Notes: generated by a model from the sequence alone, not told the origin. A stretch of DNA of 64,000 nucleotides from Candidatus Zixiibacteriota bacterium (GCA_024278935.1 JAJRSF010000045.1:98-64097), one strand, 5' to 3'; positions 9,818-19,369 are shown, counted from the first letter of the stretch. Translations and numbers: made by a program.

Positions 9818-9931
9818 GTAGGTCAGGTCTTTCCGAGACCTGACAGGTGGCGTACCCCTTGGGGTACGGGAATGTTCAGACGGGGAACAGAAACTCCCCC
9901 CAAGGGGTGAGCTACCCAACTCCTGACCTAC
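9818..9931. repeat. GC-rich structured element with 10-bp terminal inverted repeats (MITE-like or structured RNA)
   Basis: GTAGGTCAGG (9818-9827) and CCTGACCTAC (9922-9931) are inverted repeats. Internal hairpins are at 9821-9844, 9851-9868 and 9882-9899. ATTTT lies one nucleotide outside each end. Confidence 0.5.
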
Positions 9932-10147
9932 GATTTTCTTAAGAGAGAGACAAACAACTCTATTATTCTTGTAAGCACCTCAACAACAACATATTAAAAC
10001 TTCAAAAAAACAGCTAAATCAGGTTAATATTTTCTTCGTTTTGTTCGATAATAATAGTAAGAAATACTTTCTCATTGTTTCAGTTGGGAACAGGGGAACG
10101 GAATTTAAAAAATTGAACAACAATATATAAAGAAAGTTAGGTTTGTT

Positions 10148-11164
10148 ATGAGTTTATCCCCAAATGATATTCGTAATTATGAATTTCCGAGTCAGATGCG
10201 TGGATATGATAAAGAAGAAGTCGATTCATTTTTAGATACGATTGCCACTTCTTTAGAAAATATGAAACAGGAAACTTTAAAACTGTCAATGGAAAATGAT
10301 TCAATCAAAAGCCAGCTTGATAGTTTAAAAGAGTTTGAAGATTCAATCAAAGGTGCCGCTATTGATGCTCGTAAAAACGCCGATGCAACAATGGCAAACG
10401 CAAAAGATGAAGCTGAACAAATCATGGCTGACGCAACAGCAAAAGCAGATAATTTGGTATCATCAAAAGAAGCAATGATCTCTGAATACAAAAAACAGTT
10501 GAACCGATTAGAAGAAACAAAAAAATCGTATGCAACTGAATTAAAAGATATAATCAAGATACATCTTGCCATGGTAAATAAAATTTCTGAAACAGAATTT
10601 AGTTATGAAGGCGAAGATGCAACTTCTGACGATGCTAACGATACCGCAAATGTAAGCACTAGCTCTGAACCAATCGAAGTTACTAATTCATCCGAAGTCG
10701 ATCGTAACCAAATGGAAACAGTCGGCACCGAAGCAACTCAAGAAAAAGTTGTAACTGAAGATGCCAATGCTGCTGAAGAGATCGTTGTTGCCGAAGAAGC
10801 ACCGATAGATCCTGAACTTGCTGCTGCTTTAGCAGGCTTTGAACATCCTGAACCTACGGCTGCTGAAGTGACTTCCGATACGATGATAGGAGTTGAATCT
10901 ACCCCGAAACAGGGCGAGGTTGTTGAAACGACAAAACGTGCTGAAGATATTCCGGAAGGTTTTATCGTCGGCGGTTCTGATGATAGTGGAGACGATGATG
11001 ATACCGGTAAAATGGGTTTAGCTCCAGAAGCTGCTGACTCTTCCGGTGAGCATAACGCTATATCAATCGATGAAGAAAAACTTACTCCCGATAACCTTGT
11101 TGAAGAACTTGATAATGTTGTTGCGAAGTTTGAAGAAGAGATGGATAAAGCCGAAGCAAAATAG
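10148..11164 (+). CDS. divIVA: DivIVA-domain cell-division protein with a long acidic C-terminal tail
   Basis: The N terminus LSPNDIRNYEFPSQMRGYDKEEVDSFLD is the canonical DivIVA motif, followed by a coiled coil and then a tail of about 180 aa rich in Asp, Glu and Ala. Confidence 0.9.
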   Translation: MSLSPNDIRNYEFPSQMRGYDKEEVDSFLDTIATSLENMKQETLKLSMENDSIKSQLDSLKEFEDSIKGAAIDARKNADATMANAKDEAEQIMADATAKADNLVSSKEAMISEYKKQLNRLEETKKSYATELKDIIKIHLAMVNKISETEFSYEGEDATSDDANDTANVSTSSEPIEVTNSSEVDRNQMETVGTEATQEKVVTEDANAAEEIVVAEEAPIDPELAAALAGFEHPEPTAAEVTSDTMIGVESTPKQGEVVETTKRAEDIPEGFIVGGSDDSGDDDDTGKMGLAPEAADSSGEHNAISIDEEKLTPDNLVEELDNVVAKFEEEMDKAEAK

Positions 11165-11182
11165 AATTATAGTATCAGACAT

Positions 11183-11219
11183 AAAAAAACCGGTTCAGAT
11201 TTGAACCGGTTTTTTTTTT
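11183..11219. terminator. Bidirectional rho-independent terminator
   Basis: Hairpin ACCGGTTCA-GATT-TGAACCGGT (11189-11210) between an A-run and a T-run, between convergent genes. Confidence 0.8.
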
Positions 11220-11227
11220 AATAATAT

Positions 11228-11659
11228 TTATTTTGAAGCGGAACATCCATCCATCGCTGTGCATTGTTTACACCAGCTTTTAGACTTCCCATCAATAGAA
11301 TATGATTGAACATCAATTGTGTTGGCGTTTGCAAAGAAAGTACCAGTTACTTGGATTTTTTTACCAGCATACTTCGAACCAAAAAGATCTGCGGCATATT
11401 TGTTATCGAGAAAATCTACAAATTTTCCACTTGTAGTTTTAAGTGATGTTTGACAACCGTTGAGCTTACATTCTGATCTGGCACCAAATTCTTTTTTCAA
11501 AGAACAGTTCTTGCAGACGAGAACACCCTCAAGAGTGGTTGCTTCACCACTCATTTTACTTACATCTGCTGCTGCGTGCTCATGTTCAGCACCAGCTAGT
11601 ACCATCATTGGTACTAATAGCAAAATAGAACATACTGCAATAAAAGCTTTTTTAGACAT
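11228..11659 (-). CDS. Secreted Cys-rich protein, paralog 1 (unknown function)
   Basis: 143 aa with a signal peptide and a His-rich stretch EHEH. Conserved CxxC...C...C...WCxxCxxxDxC pattern shared with 11792-12220. Confidence 0.6.
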   Translation of the reverse strand: MSKKAFIAVCSILLLVPMMVLAGAEHEHAAADVSKMSGEATTLEGVLVCKNCSLKKEFGARSECKLNGCQTSLKTTSGKFVDFLDNKYAADLFGSKYAGKKIQVTGTFFANANTIDVQSYSIDGKSKSWCKQCTAMDGCSASK

Positions 11660-11791
11660 TTTTTACTCCTGTTTTCATTATTTCGTTTATATACATGCTA
11701 TTTAGAACAATTTCTATCCTGAAATGGTTCCATAATAATGGAAACGAAGAGTATAATTGTACATTATTTCTATTTAGAATAATATCTTGAA

Positions 11792-12220
11792 TTATTTTTG
11801 AGCACAGTCATCCATTTTTTGACAGGCAACACACCAGCTCATTGTTTTTTCTGCTATTGTATATGATAGCAAATCAAGAGTATTTGCTTTGGCAAAATGG
11901 TAGCCGGTGATTTCTATCGGTTTATGCAAAAATGAATTATCAGCGAGTAATTTATCAGAATATTGGTTAGGTAAAATAGTCAGGAAAACACCATTTTGAG
12001 TTTTAAGTCTAATATTATGACCATGTGTTTTACAATCAGCACGGGCGCCGCTCTCTTTGAGATTACAACCGAGACAAATAAGTTCACCTTTGAAACTTCT
12101 TTCAACGCCGGTCATTTTTTGGTTATGTACTTTTCCGGAATAAATATTTTCTTCTTCGGCTATAGCTGAACTTACAAAAAGTAAAATCAGGCAACCTAGT
12201 ATGAGAGTAGCTTTTTTCAA
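11792..12220 (-). CDS. Secreted Cys-rich protein, paralog 2 (unknown function)
   Basis: 142 aa with a signal peptide. It aligns along its whole length with 11228-11659 (L.C..C.LK...GAR..CK..G...LKT..G.F...L.N.Y...L......I..TG..FA.ANT.D...Y.I.....SWC..C..MD.C). Confidence 0.6.
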   Translation of the reverse strand: MKKATLILGCLILLFVSSAIAEEENIYSGKVHNQKMTGVERSFKGELICLGCNLKESGARADCKTHGHNIRLKTQNGVFLTILPNQYSDKLLADNSFLHKPIEITGYHFAKANTLDLLSYTIAEKTMSWCVACQKMDDCAQK

Positions 12221-12239
12221 AATAAACTCCTTGTTCTTA

Positions 12240-13691
12240 TTACATTTTTTTGGAGAAAAATGTATAGATACTTATAGTTATAAAATTATTATTTTCAGAA
12301 TCTTGTATAACGTTATTTCTATTGTAAATATTTTCAATTCCGATTTCTGCGTCAAGATAAAAGTTGTTATATAAAAATCCTCGATACTGAGCTGAGACAG
12401 AATTTGTTTTTTCAACGACACCAAATGGAAACGGTTCCGAATAGCTTTCATCACTGTCTAGCCAAGGTTCAGTCCATGTATCGCTGATATTTCCCTCACC
12501 TTTTTGTTGGTAGGTAAGATTAAGCGAAAGAGAACTGTGTGGTGAAAGCCATTTTATACAGGAGAGGTTTATTTTTTCAAAGTCATTTGATTCAAAATAG
12601 CCTAGTGATCTGTTTTCAAAAGTGTAGCGGTTGCGTTCGAAAGCTTGGTTGTATGTACGGTTTGTAATCTTGACATATTCGACTCGCATATCATAGGATG
12701 AAATCAGATCGGCAAAATATCCACCGAAGATAATACCGTATTGATTTGGCTCTTGATCCCCTTGCGATTCATCTTCAATTTGGTAGTCATCGATTAATAC
12801 CTGCCCATACAATTTTGAATTTACTATTGGGTAGTAGGTGAAATCAAAACCTAAAAAACTGTTATCGTTGACATTGTTGTCTAACTGTTCAGCATGGTAT
12901 GACATGAGCGGGTTTAGATAATTAAACTCGGCTGTTCTTCCTACACCACCAAAGATGATAGTTTCAAACAGTCCGACCCGTAGTTTTTTATGTAATCTAA
13001 AATCAAGTCGATGCCCAGCAAAGAAACGGTTGTCGAAAATTTCGGTTGATAAATCTGTTTCGAGTTGGTCGAGTCTGGCAAAGCGATAAGTGAGCGAAAC
13101 TTTTTTGTATGAGTAACTATACTGGAAACCATCTAGGGCGTTTGATTCAGAAAGAACCAAAGATTTTTTTATACCCCAAAAAGATTTAAACCGTCCAACG
13201 GTAATATCAAAATTTTTAAACTGTGCTACTACAAATGACTGTTCAACACCACCTGCAAAACCACGCCATTTTTTCCCGGTATATGATTCATCTTTTGCTT
13301 TTTGTTCATCGAGTGAAATATTTGTGTAGAGATAAATATTATCTTTGAACATACCGGAGAGACCTGCACGGATAGTTTCATACGATTCTGCCGAAGAGAT
13401 TGTCTGCGACTGAAAAGATTCATTGGCGATGACAAACAAATTGATACGTTTTACATTGTCGTTTTGTAAAAAAGAAAGAGGTGCAATTTGAGAATTGTCT
13501 TTTGGGATAATATAGGGTGCGACTGAATATCGGAATTGATCTTGATGAATTGATTCATACCGTTCGAGTTTGTCGTAGACAAAATCATACGGATGCAACC
13601 CGAGCGGGAGCAAAGTTTGAGCATGCACAGATACGAACTGCGAACTCAAAATGAGAACAAGAGCTATAAATTTACAAACTGTTTTACACAT
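12240..13691 (-). CDS. Outer-membrane beta-barrel protein, possibly Wzi-like (capsule assembly)
   Basis: 483 aa with a signal peptide. An N-terminal YDFVYDKLERYE motif resembles the Wzi helical plug. The rest alternates in a Tyr/Gly-rich beta pattern. It lies among polysaccharide genes. Confidence 0.45.
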   Translation of the reverse strand: MCKTVCKFIALVLILSSQFVSVHAQTLLPLGLHPYDFVYDKLERYESIHQDQFRYSVAPYIIPKDNSQIAPLSFLQNDNVKRINLFVIANESFQSQTISSAESYETIRAGLSGMFKDNIYLYTNISLDEQKAKDESYTGKKWRGFAGGVEQSFVVAQFKNFDITVGRFKSFWGIKKSLVLSESNALDGFQYSYSYKKVSLTYRFARLDQLETDLSTEIFDNRFFAGHRLDFRLHKKLRVGLFETIIFGGVGRTAEFNYLNPLMSYHAEQLDNNVNDNSFLGFDFTYYPIVNSKLYGQVLIDDYQIEDESQGDQEPNQYGIIFGGYFADLISSYDMRVEYVKITNRTYNQAFERNRYTFENRSLGYFESNDFEKINLSCIKWLSPHSSLSLNLTYQQKGEGNISDTWTEPWLDSDESYSEPFPFGVVEKTNSVSAQYRGFLYNNFYLDAEIGIENIYNRNNVIQDSENNNFITISIYTFFSKKM

Positions 13692-13723
13692 ATATGTTAG
13701 CTTCCATGCAACATATCTGCTAC

Positions 13724-15118
13724 TTAAGATGCTCCGCTCCCTTTCATGACAGCAGGAATCGTTTTCGCAATAATTTTTGTATCATTCCATAGTGACCAGT
13801 TATCAATATACTCTAAATCTAGTTTCATCCAATCATCAAAATCAATATTATTTCGACCATTTACCTGCCATGTACAAGTAACACCCGGTTTAACTGATAA
13901 ACGACGGTGTTGCCAGTTTTCGTACTGGGCTACTTCTTTAGGCAATGGCGGTCTTGGACCAACAATCGACATCTCGCCAAACAGGACATTAAAAAACTGC
14001 GGGAGTTCATCCATTGATGTTTTCCGTAGTATATGTCCAACTTTTGTGACCCGTGGGTCATTGGTGATTTTAAATACCGGACCCGACATTTCGTTTAGTT
14101 TTTCAAGCTCAGCTTTTTTTGACTCAGCATCAATACACATAGTTCTGAATTTTAGAAGGCTAAATTGTTTGCCATTAATCCCGGAACGAATCTGGTTAAA
14201 TAATATCGGTCCGCCATCTTCAATTTTAATTGCAATCGCTGTGGCAAGCATAATAGGCGAGAAGAGGATAATACCAACAACGGCACCAATTTTATCAACG
14301 AAAGATTTGGCGTAAATTTTCAAAAGATTATCTTCGACCGAACGATAGAGAATCATTGGCAGAGAATTTATAAAGGCCGGTTTGACTTTTACATTTGGCG
14401 ATGACTTAAAAGTCGGCACAAAACTGATAGGTGTACCCATCTCATCGGCGACTGTAAATATTTTGTGTGCAGAAGAAATTTCATCGCTTTCCAAAGCACA
14501 TATTATCAAGTCGATTTGAGAATTTGCAATGATATTGGCGAGTTCATCGGGATGGCCTATACGAGGAATATCACGATAGCTCCAAAGTCCTTTATTGTTA
14601 AAATCCATAAAGCCTTTTAAAGCTGATCGGCTTTCGGGAGCATCTAAAATTGCATCGGCAGTTTTCTGACCATTTTCACCGGTACCAATTATGAGGATAT
14701 TTTGGTTTATGGCGTGACTTCTGTTGTTTGCCGCCATGAGTGAAAGGATTTGATTTGTGAATAACAAACCTACAAACTGTACCGCAAAATTAATCCCTAG
14801 AATTATCATCAGGTCATCGGCAAGAATAGTCCAACTGGAGAACAGACAAAAAGCTGCCAACGTAAGCGAAACACGGCTTTCATCTTCGATGAGCCGATTC
14901 ATTTTTTTACGAATAGTCAAAATGTCTAAAGCAGGTTTAGACGAGCGAGTGATATAAAAAAGCAATCGGATAGACGAAACGACTGCGATAGTTTCTAAAA
15001 TAAATGTGTTGGAATATCCGAAATAAAGAAGTGCTGCTACAAACGAGAGTGCTGTGAGCAGGTGAATCTGAATCTGTCCTGTGAGTGACAAAATCGAGTT
15101 GTATATACGTTTTTGCAT
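13724..15118 (-). CDS. Polyprenyl-phosphate glycosyl-1-phosphate transferase (WbaP-type priming sugar transferase)
   Basis: 464 aa with N-terminal TM helices and the C-terminal bacterial sugar transferase signature (DELPQFFNVLFGEMSIVGPRPPLPKEV...WQVNGRN...DLEYIDNWSLWNDTKI). Confidence 0.9.
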   Translation of the reverse strand: MQKRIYNSILSLTGQIQIHLLTALSFVAALLYFGYSNTFILETIAVVSSIRLLFYITRSSKPALDILTIRKKMNRLIEDESRVSLTLAAFCLFSSWTILADDLMIILGINFAVQFVGLLFTNQILSLMAANNRSHAINQNILIIGTGENGQKTADAILDAPESRSALKGFMDFNNKGLWSYRDIPRIGHPDELANIIANSQIDLIICALESDEISSAHKIFTVADEMGTPISFVPTFKSSPNVKVKPAFINSLPMILYRSVEDNLLKIYAKSFVDKIGAVVGIILFSPIMLATAIAIKIEDGGPILFNQIRSGINGKQFSLLKFRTMCIDAESKKAELEKLNEMSGPVFKITNDPRVTKVGHILRKTSMDELPQFFNVLFGEMSIVGPRPPLPKEVAQYENWQHRRLSVKPGVTCTWQVNGRNNIDFDDWMKLDLEYIDNWSLWNDTKIIAKTIPAVMKGSGAS

Positions 15119-15122
15119 AAGT

Positions 15123-16205
15123 TTACTCAGCCACCTTTTCCCTTTTATTGTCCTCTGCTTTGATAGAATGAGACCTCTCTTTGATTTTGCCGTTTAGTAA
15201 TGCATCAACTTTATCATGAGATTTTTGCGTTTCGACATTTTCACCTAGAGGGCGTCGAAGAGTGATTTTGCGTTTTTCAATAGTTTTCATTTGGAATAAA
15301 CTGTTTGGCATTGAATCAAATGCTTTGATAAGTCTGTCGTTTGAAAGAAAAGATTCGATACGGAAACGGATGTAGTTTTTCATCTCGGGGTATCCGCTAA
15401 TATTATCAACAGAGACTTTGTTTTTCATTAAAAAATTACCAACATCTTTTGTCGATGCAACACGAATAAGTAAAAAGTCCGTTGCCGTAATTCGACACTG
15501 CAGACCAATTGAAGTGAGTGCTTCAGTCAACCGGAGAGCTTCTTCACGAATGTCATGAATGCGACCCTGAGAAGCATCTTCGTTTGACATCGTTGCCAGA
15601 ATCGTTTTGCGTAAAATGGTTGAGATTTGTCTGAGCGGAGCCATCTCTTTACATCGTTGAATAATCTTTAGGGTAGAGAGAGCGTAGCCGGCTTCAGACG
15701 AATAGATACCAAAGGCAGCGGTAAATGATCTGAGGATTAAAACATTTTCAAATTCGTTTATGAGGGTTAACCCGGTGATGCCATAAAAATCAAAATAGTA
15801 TTCATCGATAATGATGAGACCATCTGGGTTTGATTCGGCGATTTTTTTACGACCGGTTAACGAAAAATTTGCACCGGTTATTTTATTCGGATTAGCAAGG
15901 TAGACAATGTCACCATTGGTGATCTGTTTTAAGATTGTTTCTACAGAATAGCTGAACGGATTCTTTCCCTGGATTTCTTTAATGCTCATATTAGCTTTGT
16001 CAGCAGCTATGGCAATGTCCGGGGTTGCGGTACCGACCGAGAGAAGATGTATACCTTCGCAATCGTGTTGAATAAATAATTCTGTGAGAAATTCTCGGCA
16101 ATCAGCAAATGGGAAAATCGAGTTTTTTGAGAGTCGATGACTTTGTGCGACCAGTTGCGCAATGTCGTCGTTTGATTCATGTAGTGTTGTTGTGTACATT
16201 TTCAT
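15123..16205 (-). CDS. Class I/II aminotransferase-fold protein lacking the PLP lysine (HisC-like pseudoenzyme?)
   Basis: It has ANPNKITG (compare NPNNPTG) and IIDEYY (compare DEAY). The Schiff-base motif reads LRSFTAAFG where homologs have LRT(L/F)SKAF(G/A), so Lys is replaced by Ala at codon 15717-15719. The start is set at ATG 16205 behind GGAG. Confidence 0.55.
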   Translation of the reverse strand: MKMYTTTLHESNDDIAQLVAQSHRLSKNSIFPFADCREFLTELFIQHDCEGIHLLSVGTATPDIAIAADKANMSIKEIQGKNPFSYSVETILKQITNGDIVYLANPNKITGANFSLTGRKKIAESNPDGLIIIDEYYFDFYGITGLTLINEFENVLILRSFTAAFGIYSSEAGYALSTLKIIQRCKEMAPLRQISTILRKTILATMSNEDASQGRIHDIREEALRLTEALTSIGLQCRITATDFLLIRVASTKDVGNFLMKNKVSVDNISGYPEMKNYIRFRIESFLSNDRLIKAFDSMPNSLFQMKTIEKRKITLRRPLGENVETQKSHDKVDALLNGKIKERSHSIKAEDNKREKVAE

Positions 16206-16380
16206 TTTTTTATCTCCTATATTCAATTAGAGTAATTGCAAAGGTGATGCCAACAACGCCATATTTACTGTAAAGCCAAGGACAACAACGACTAAGCTGT
16301 GCGAGTGCTGTGTGATGTGATGGGTGAAAATGGCTAGATTGGGATCATATTTCCGTGTCTGAAAGAAAAAAATTCCAATA

Positions 16381-16412
16381 AAAAACCGAGACTTTAAGGT
16401 CTCGGCTTTTTT
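16381..16412. terminator. Rho-independent terminator after the Wza-like gene
   Basis: Hairpin CCGAGAC-TTTAAG-GTCTCGG flanked by A- and T-runs. Confidence 0.7.
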
Positions 16413-16440
16413 TGTTAGGAAGGTAAAAAAAGATGATTTT

Positions 16441-18807
16441 TTATAGTTTACCAATAATATATACCGATGTAAGCACGCCGGTAGCAGCACTGAGTGCCGA
16501 ACTGAATGTTTTCATAAGATTTCGTTCTTTGTCAATTTTGGTAGGGACAATAATAACATCACCGATTGCAACTTGCTCACCGTTGATTCCGCCACCGCTG
16601 ATAACTTCACCGGTTGCTCGGATAAGGCGAGTCTGTTTTTTATCGGCTTGTTTTGTGAAATTACCGGCACGTTTAATGTAATCTTTCACACTAAGACCTT
16701 TGGAGAATTTCAAAGTTCCGTTAGAACCTACAGCTCCAATAATTGAAATGCCTGATGGAATAATAGGAATAAATATTTGATCATTTGCTTCTAAAACAAT
16801 ATTTCCATCACCACCGTTTGAGGCAATAATTTTGTCCATATCAATAATAATTCTATTCATTGAAAGTGAATCATAGTCAACTTTTGTTTCTTCAACTAAG
16901 GAACCTAAAGAGTCATGTTTGACAGGATTGGAACGTTTAATCACATCGCCTACACGTAAACGATTCAGGTTCTCATTGATCGAAGTTCTTTCAAAAATGA
17001 TTCCTTTTGGGAATGCATTCTGAGTAAATCCACCGCATCGTATAAGAAGTTCATGTAAAGTTTCTGATTGGTCGGCGATAGTGTAGGTACCCGGATATTT
17101 TACGGCACCTTCAATTGTGATCGTACGGCTTTCATCCCATTCAGGAATTTGACGAACATAGAGATGGTCATCTTCTGTCAGTTTAAACATGTCTGCCTCA
17201 TTGTTGTTGATTCCAATATACATAAGAGATATTTCTGCGTTTTCATCAAGTCTTGCTACTTCTACACGCTGACGCTGGGCTGAACGAGTGTATGAGCCTG
17301 ATAAGAAAATAAGATCTTCTGCGGTCATGTTGTCATAGAGCGGGTAACGTCCCGGGTTTTTTACTTCACCCTCGATATAGACAAACCGTTCCCATTCAAT
17401 TTCACCAATTGAGTAGATGTGTAGTGAGTCTTTGTCTTGTAATAAAATATCTGTCGTTCTATCACCATTGATAATATTTTCTAAATTTATAGAGATAATT
17501 TCGATTCTTTTATCAGGATGTCTTCGAAAAAGATCAGCACGCTCAAAGTAAACGTCGTATGGCTGTAGCTTTGCCTGGATGACAAGGTCGGAAACATGGG
17601 AGTCATTTTTTCTTTCAAAGAAGCCGGCATGTTTAACCTGACCAAATACGGCCACGATATTTTGCTTTGCTTCAAAGATTGAAAAGACAGTGATGCGATC
17701 GCCAGCTTTCATGATTGTTTTTTCAGTTGGAGAGTTGGCATCTTTTAAGTTTAAGTCGATGACTTTCCACTCGCTTTGATCGCTAATTCTCTCTAAGCTT
17801 ACTCTTTCAAGATGTGCTTCCGGCGTTGCGTTGCCTGCTAAAGTAAGAAGCTCCATTGCCGTTTCGGAACCTTGTAATTCGTAAATAGCTTCTCTTCTGA
17901 TTTCTCCTCTGATTGCAACTTGCGGTCCGGCAACAGGTACAAAGACAACATCGCCAGATTCTAAATGAAGGTCTGTCGAATTATCACCTTCTAAAAGTAA
18001 TTTGTATAAATCAACTTCAGAGATAGTTTTTCCCTGACGCTTCAATTTTATCGAACGCATTGTTCCTCGTTCAGATGGACCACCGGCAAGGTAGAGGGCG
18101 TTTAAAAGTGAGGTCAACGATGATACAGTATAGGCACCGGGTCTTTGTACTTCACCGGCGACAAAAATGCGTATTGAACGGATTTTGCCTAAAGATGCTG
18201 TTAACTGGAAATCAGAATATACTTTTGAAAAACTGTTTTCAGCTTTTTGGATAAAATTTTCAAGCGATAATCCCCACACGACAACATTGCCGACTTGTGG
18301 TATAAAAATTTTCCCCTCACGATCAATAGTAAGGTTAAATTCTTTTTCTACTCGTCCCCATAGATATATAATAATATTATCACCGGGTCCAAGAATGTAG
18401 TCGTTTGATGAACTGATGTCGGTTGGTTGACCGGCGTTATCATCTATGTGTGTAAAGAGTTCCATACCAAATGGCTTCAGTTCATCAAATGGAGTTTGGA
18501 GTTCTTCGCTCAACTCAAGTTTGCTTTCATCCTGTTCATTTTGTTGAATGGTAAAAGCAGATTCTTGTTGGTCTGAATCTTGAGAGAGAGTGGCGTCGGA
18601 GGTTAAATCGGCATCTTCCTGATTGTAAAAATCAGCCGATTTGTAATAATTACCCTCTTGTTGGGAATTTGAGCCTTGATATTTTTTGAGCAGTTTTTGT
18701 TTCTGCTGACTGCTTAACTGAGACAAATCAGCCGCATAGACTGTTTTAAACCAGTTAAGTGATACCAAAATGATTATCAAAATGGTAATCGTAATAATTT
18801 TTTTCAT
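16441..18807 (-). CDS. Polysaccharide export protein (Wza-like Poly_export domain plus multiple SLBB domains)
   Basis: It has the motif YILGPGDNIIIYLWGRVEKEFNLTIDREGKIFIPQVGNVVVWGLSLE, followed by repeated SLBB-like units (GEV..PG.Y.......L..L...AGG). The start is placed at MKKIITITIL (18807) behind AGGAAGG; the track ORF starts at 18879. Confidence 0.85.
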   Translation of the reverse strand: MKKIITITILIIILVSLNWFKTVYAADLSQLSSQQKQKLLKKYQGSNSQQEGNYYKSADFYNQEDADLTSDATLSQDSDQQESAFTIQQNEQDESKLELSEELQTPFDELKPFGMELFTHIDDNAGQPTDISSSNDYILGPGDNIIIYLWGRVEKEFNLTIDREGKIFIPQVGNVVVWGLSLENFIQKAENSFSKVYSDFQLTASLGKIRSIRIFVAGEVQRPGAYTVSSLTSLLNALYLAGGPSERGTMRSIKLKRQGKTISEVDLYKLLLEGDNSTDLHLESGDVVFVPVAGPQVAIRGEIRREAIYELQGSETAMELLTLAGNATPEAHLERVSLERISDQSEWKVIDLNLKDANSPTEKTIMKAGDRITVFSIFEAKQNIVAVFGQVKHAGFFERKNDSHVSDLVIQAKLQPYDVYFERADLFRRHPDKRIEIISINLENIINGDRTTDILLQDKDSLHIYSIGEIEWERFVYIEGEVKNPGRYPLYDNMTAEDLIFLSGSYTRSAQRQRVEVARLDENAEISLMYIGINNNEADMFKLTEDDHLYVRQIPEWDESRTITIEGAVKYPGTYTIADQSETLHELLIRCGGFTQNAFPKGIIFERTSINENLNRLRVGDVIKRSNPVKHDSLGSLVEETKVDYDSLSMNRIIIDMDKIIASNGGDGNIVLEANDQIFIPIIPSGISIIGAVGSNGTLKFSKGLSVKDYIKRAGNFTKQADKKQTRLIRATGEVISGGGINGEQVAIGDVIIVPTKIDKERNLMKTFSSALSAATGVLTSVYIIGKL

Positions 18808-18913
18808 TTCATACCTTCCTATGGGTTGAAAATTGTTTAACAAGGTTCTCTTAAGCAAAGAGGATGCCAGTTTTTTCAAAGTAGCTTTAAGTCGTTAGAT
18901 GGTATAGTATTAA

Positions 18914-19005
18914 GAATGCGAGTTGGAAAGATAGAAGTCTGTGGAATGCGAAAAATTAGAAATTGGTTCCGAATGCGAAGGAATTATTTTCCAATGGATG
19001 CGAAG
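18914..19005. promoter_or_regulatory. Four direct copies of (G/A)ATGCGA(A/G) in a long divergent intergenic region
   Basis: ATGCGA occurs at 18916, 18946, 18973 and 18998 (spacing 30, 27 and 25 bp), 110-200 bp upstream of the Wza-like gene start. Confidence 0.35.
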
Positions 19006-19369
19006 TAATAGTTAGTCAAAAAAACGGTGAAAATAGCACTTTCAAAAAAACTATGAGCTGTAAGTCTAAATGGTTCAGTTTTTTTTAACTTTCCAATAAT
19101 TTTTTATCGAATGTGTCGGATTCATACTCAACAAAAAGTCGGGTGATTCGTCTCTTGACTGAATAAAGTAACACTAATAACGGCAAACAGTTAAATAGCT
19201 GCTTGTGAGGAAAATAAAAGAGAACTCCTTGACAATGAACTATGGGTATAGTAACTTGACTGCTTCATTTTTAGGACGAAAAGTTTTTTGAATTTATAAT
19301 AAAATTTCGAATAATTTAAGTAAGTGTAAATTAGATATTCGATTACAACAAATAAGAAAATAATAAACG

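Noticed and set aside
9818-9931. Possible SRP (4.5S) RNA, because of the AGGTCAGGTC string.
   Set aside because: The helix is perfectly paired and lacks the conserved asymmetric and symmetric loops and the GNRA tetraloop of SRP domain IV on either strand.
16227-16490. An 87-aa ORF directly upstream of, and in frame with, the aminotransferase-like gene. It looked like another in-frame-stop case.
   Set aside because: The upstream peptide has no similarity to aminotransferase N termini. The region contains a terminator hairpin (16381-16412), and a good RBS and ATG exist at 16205.
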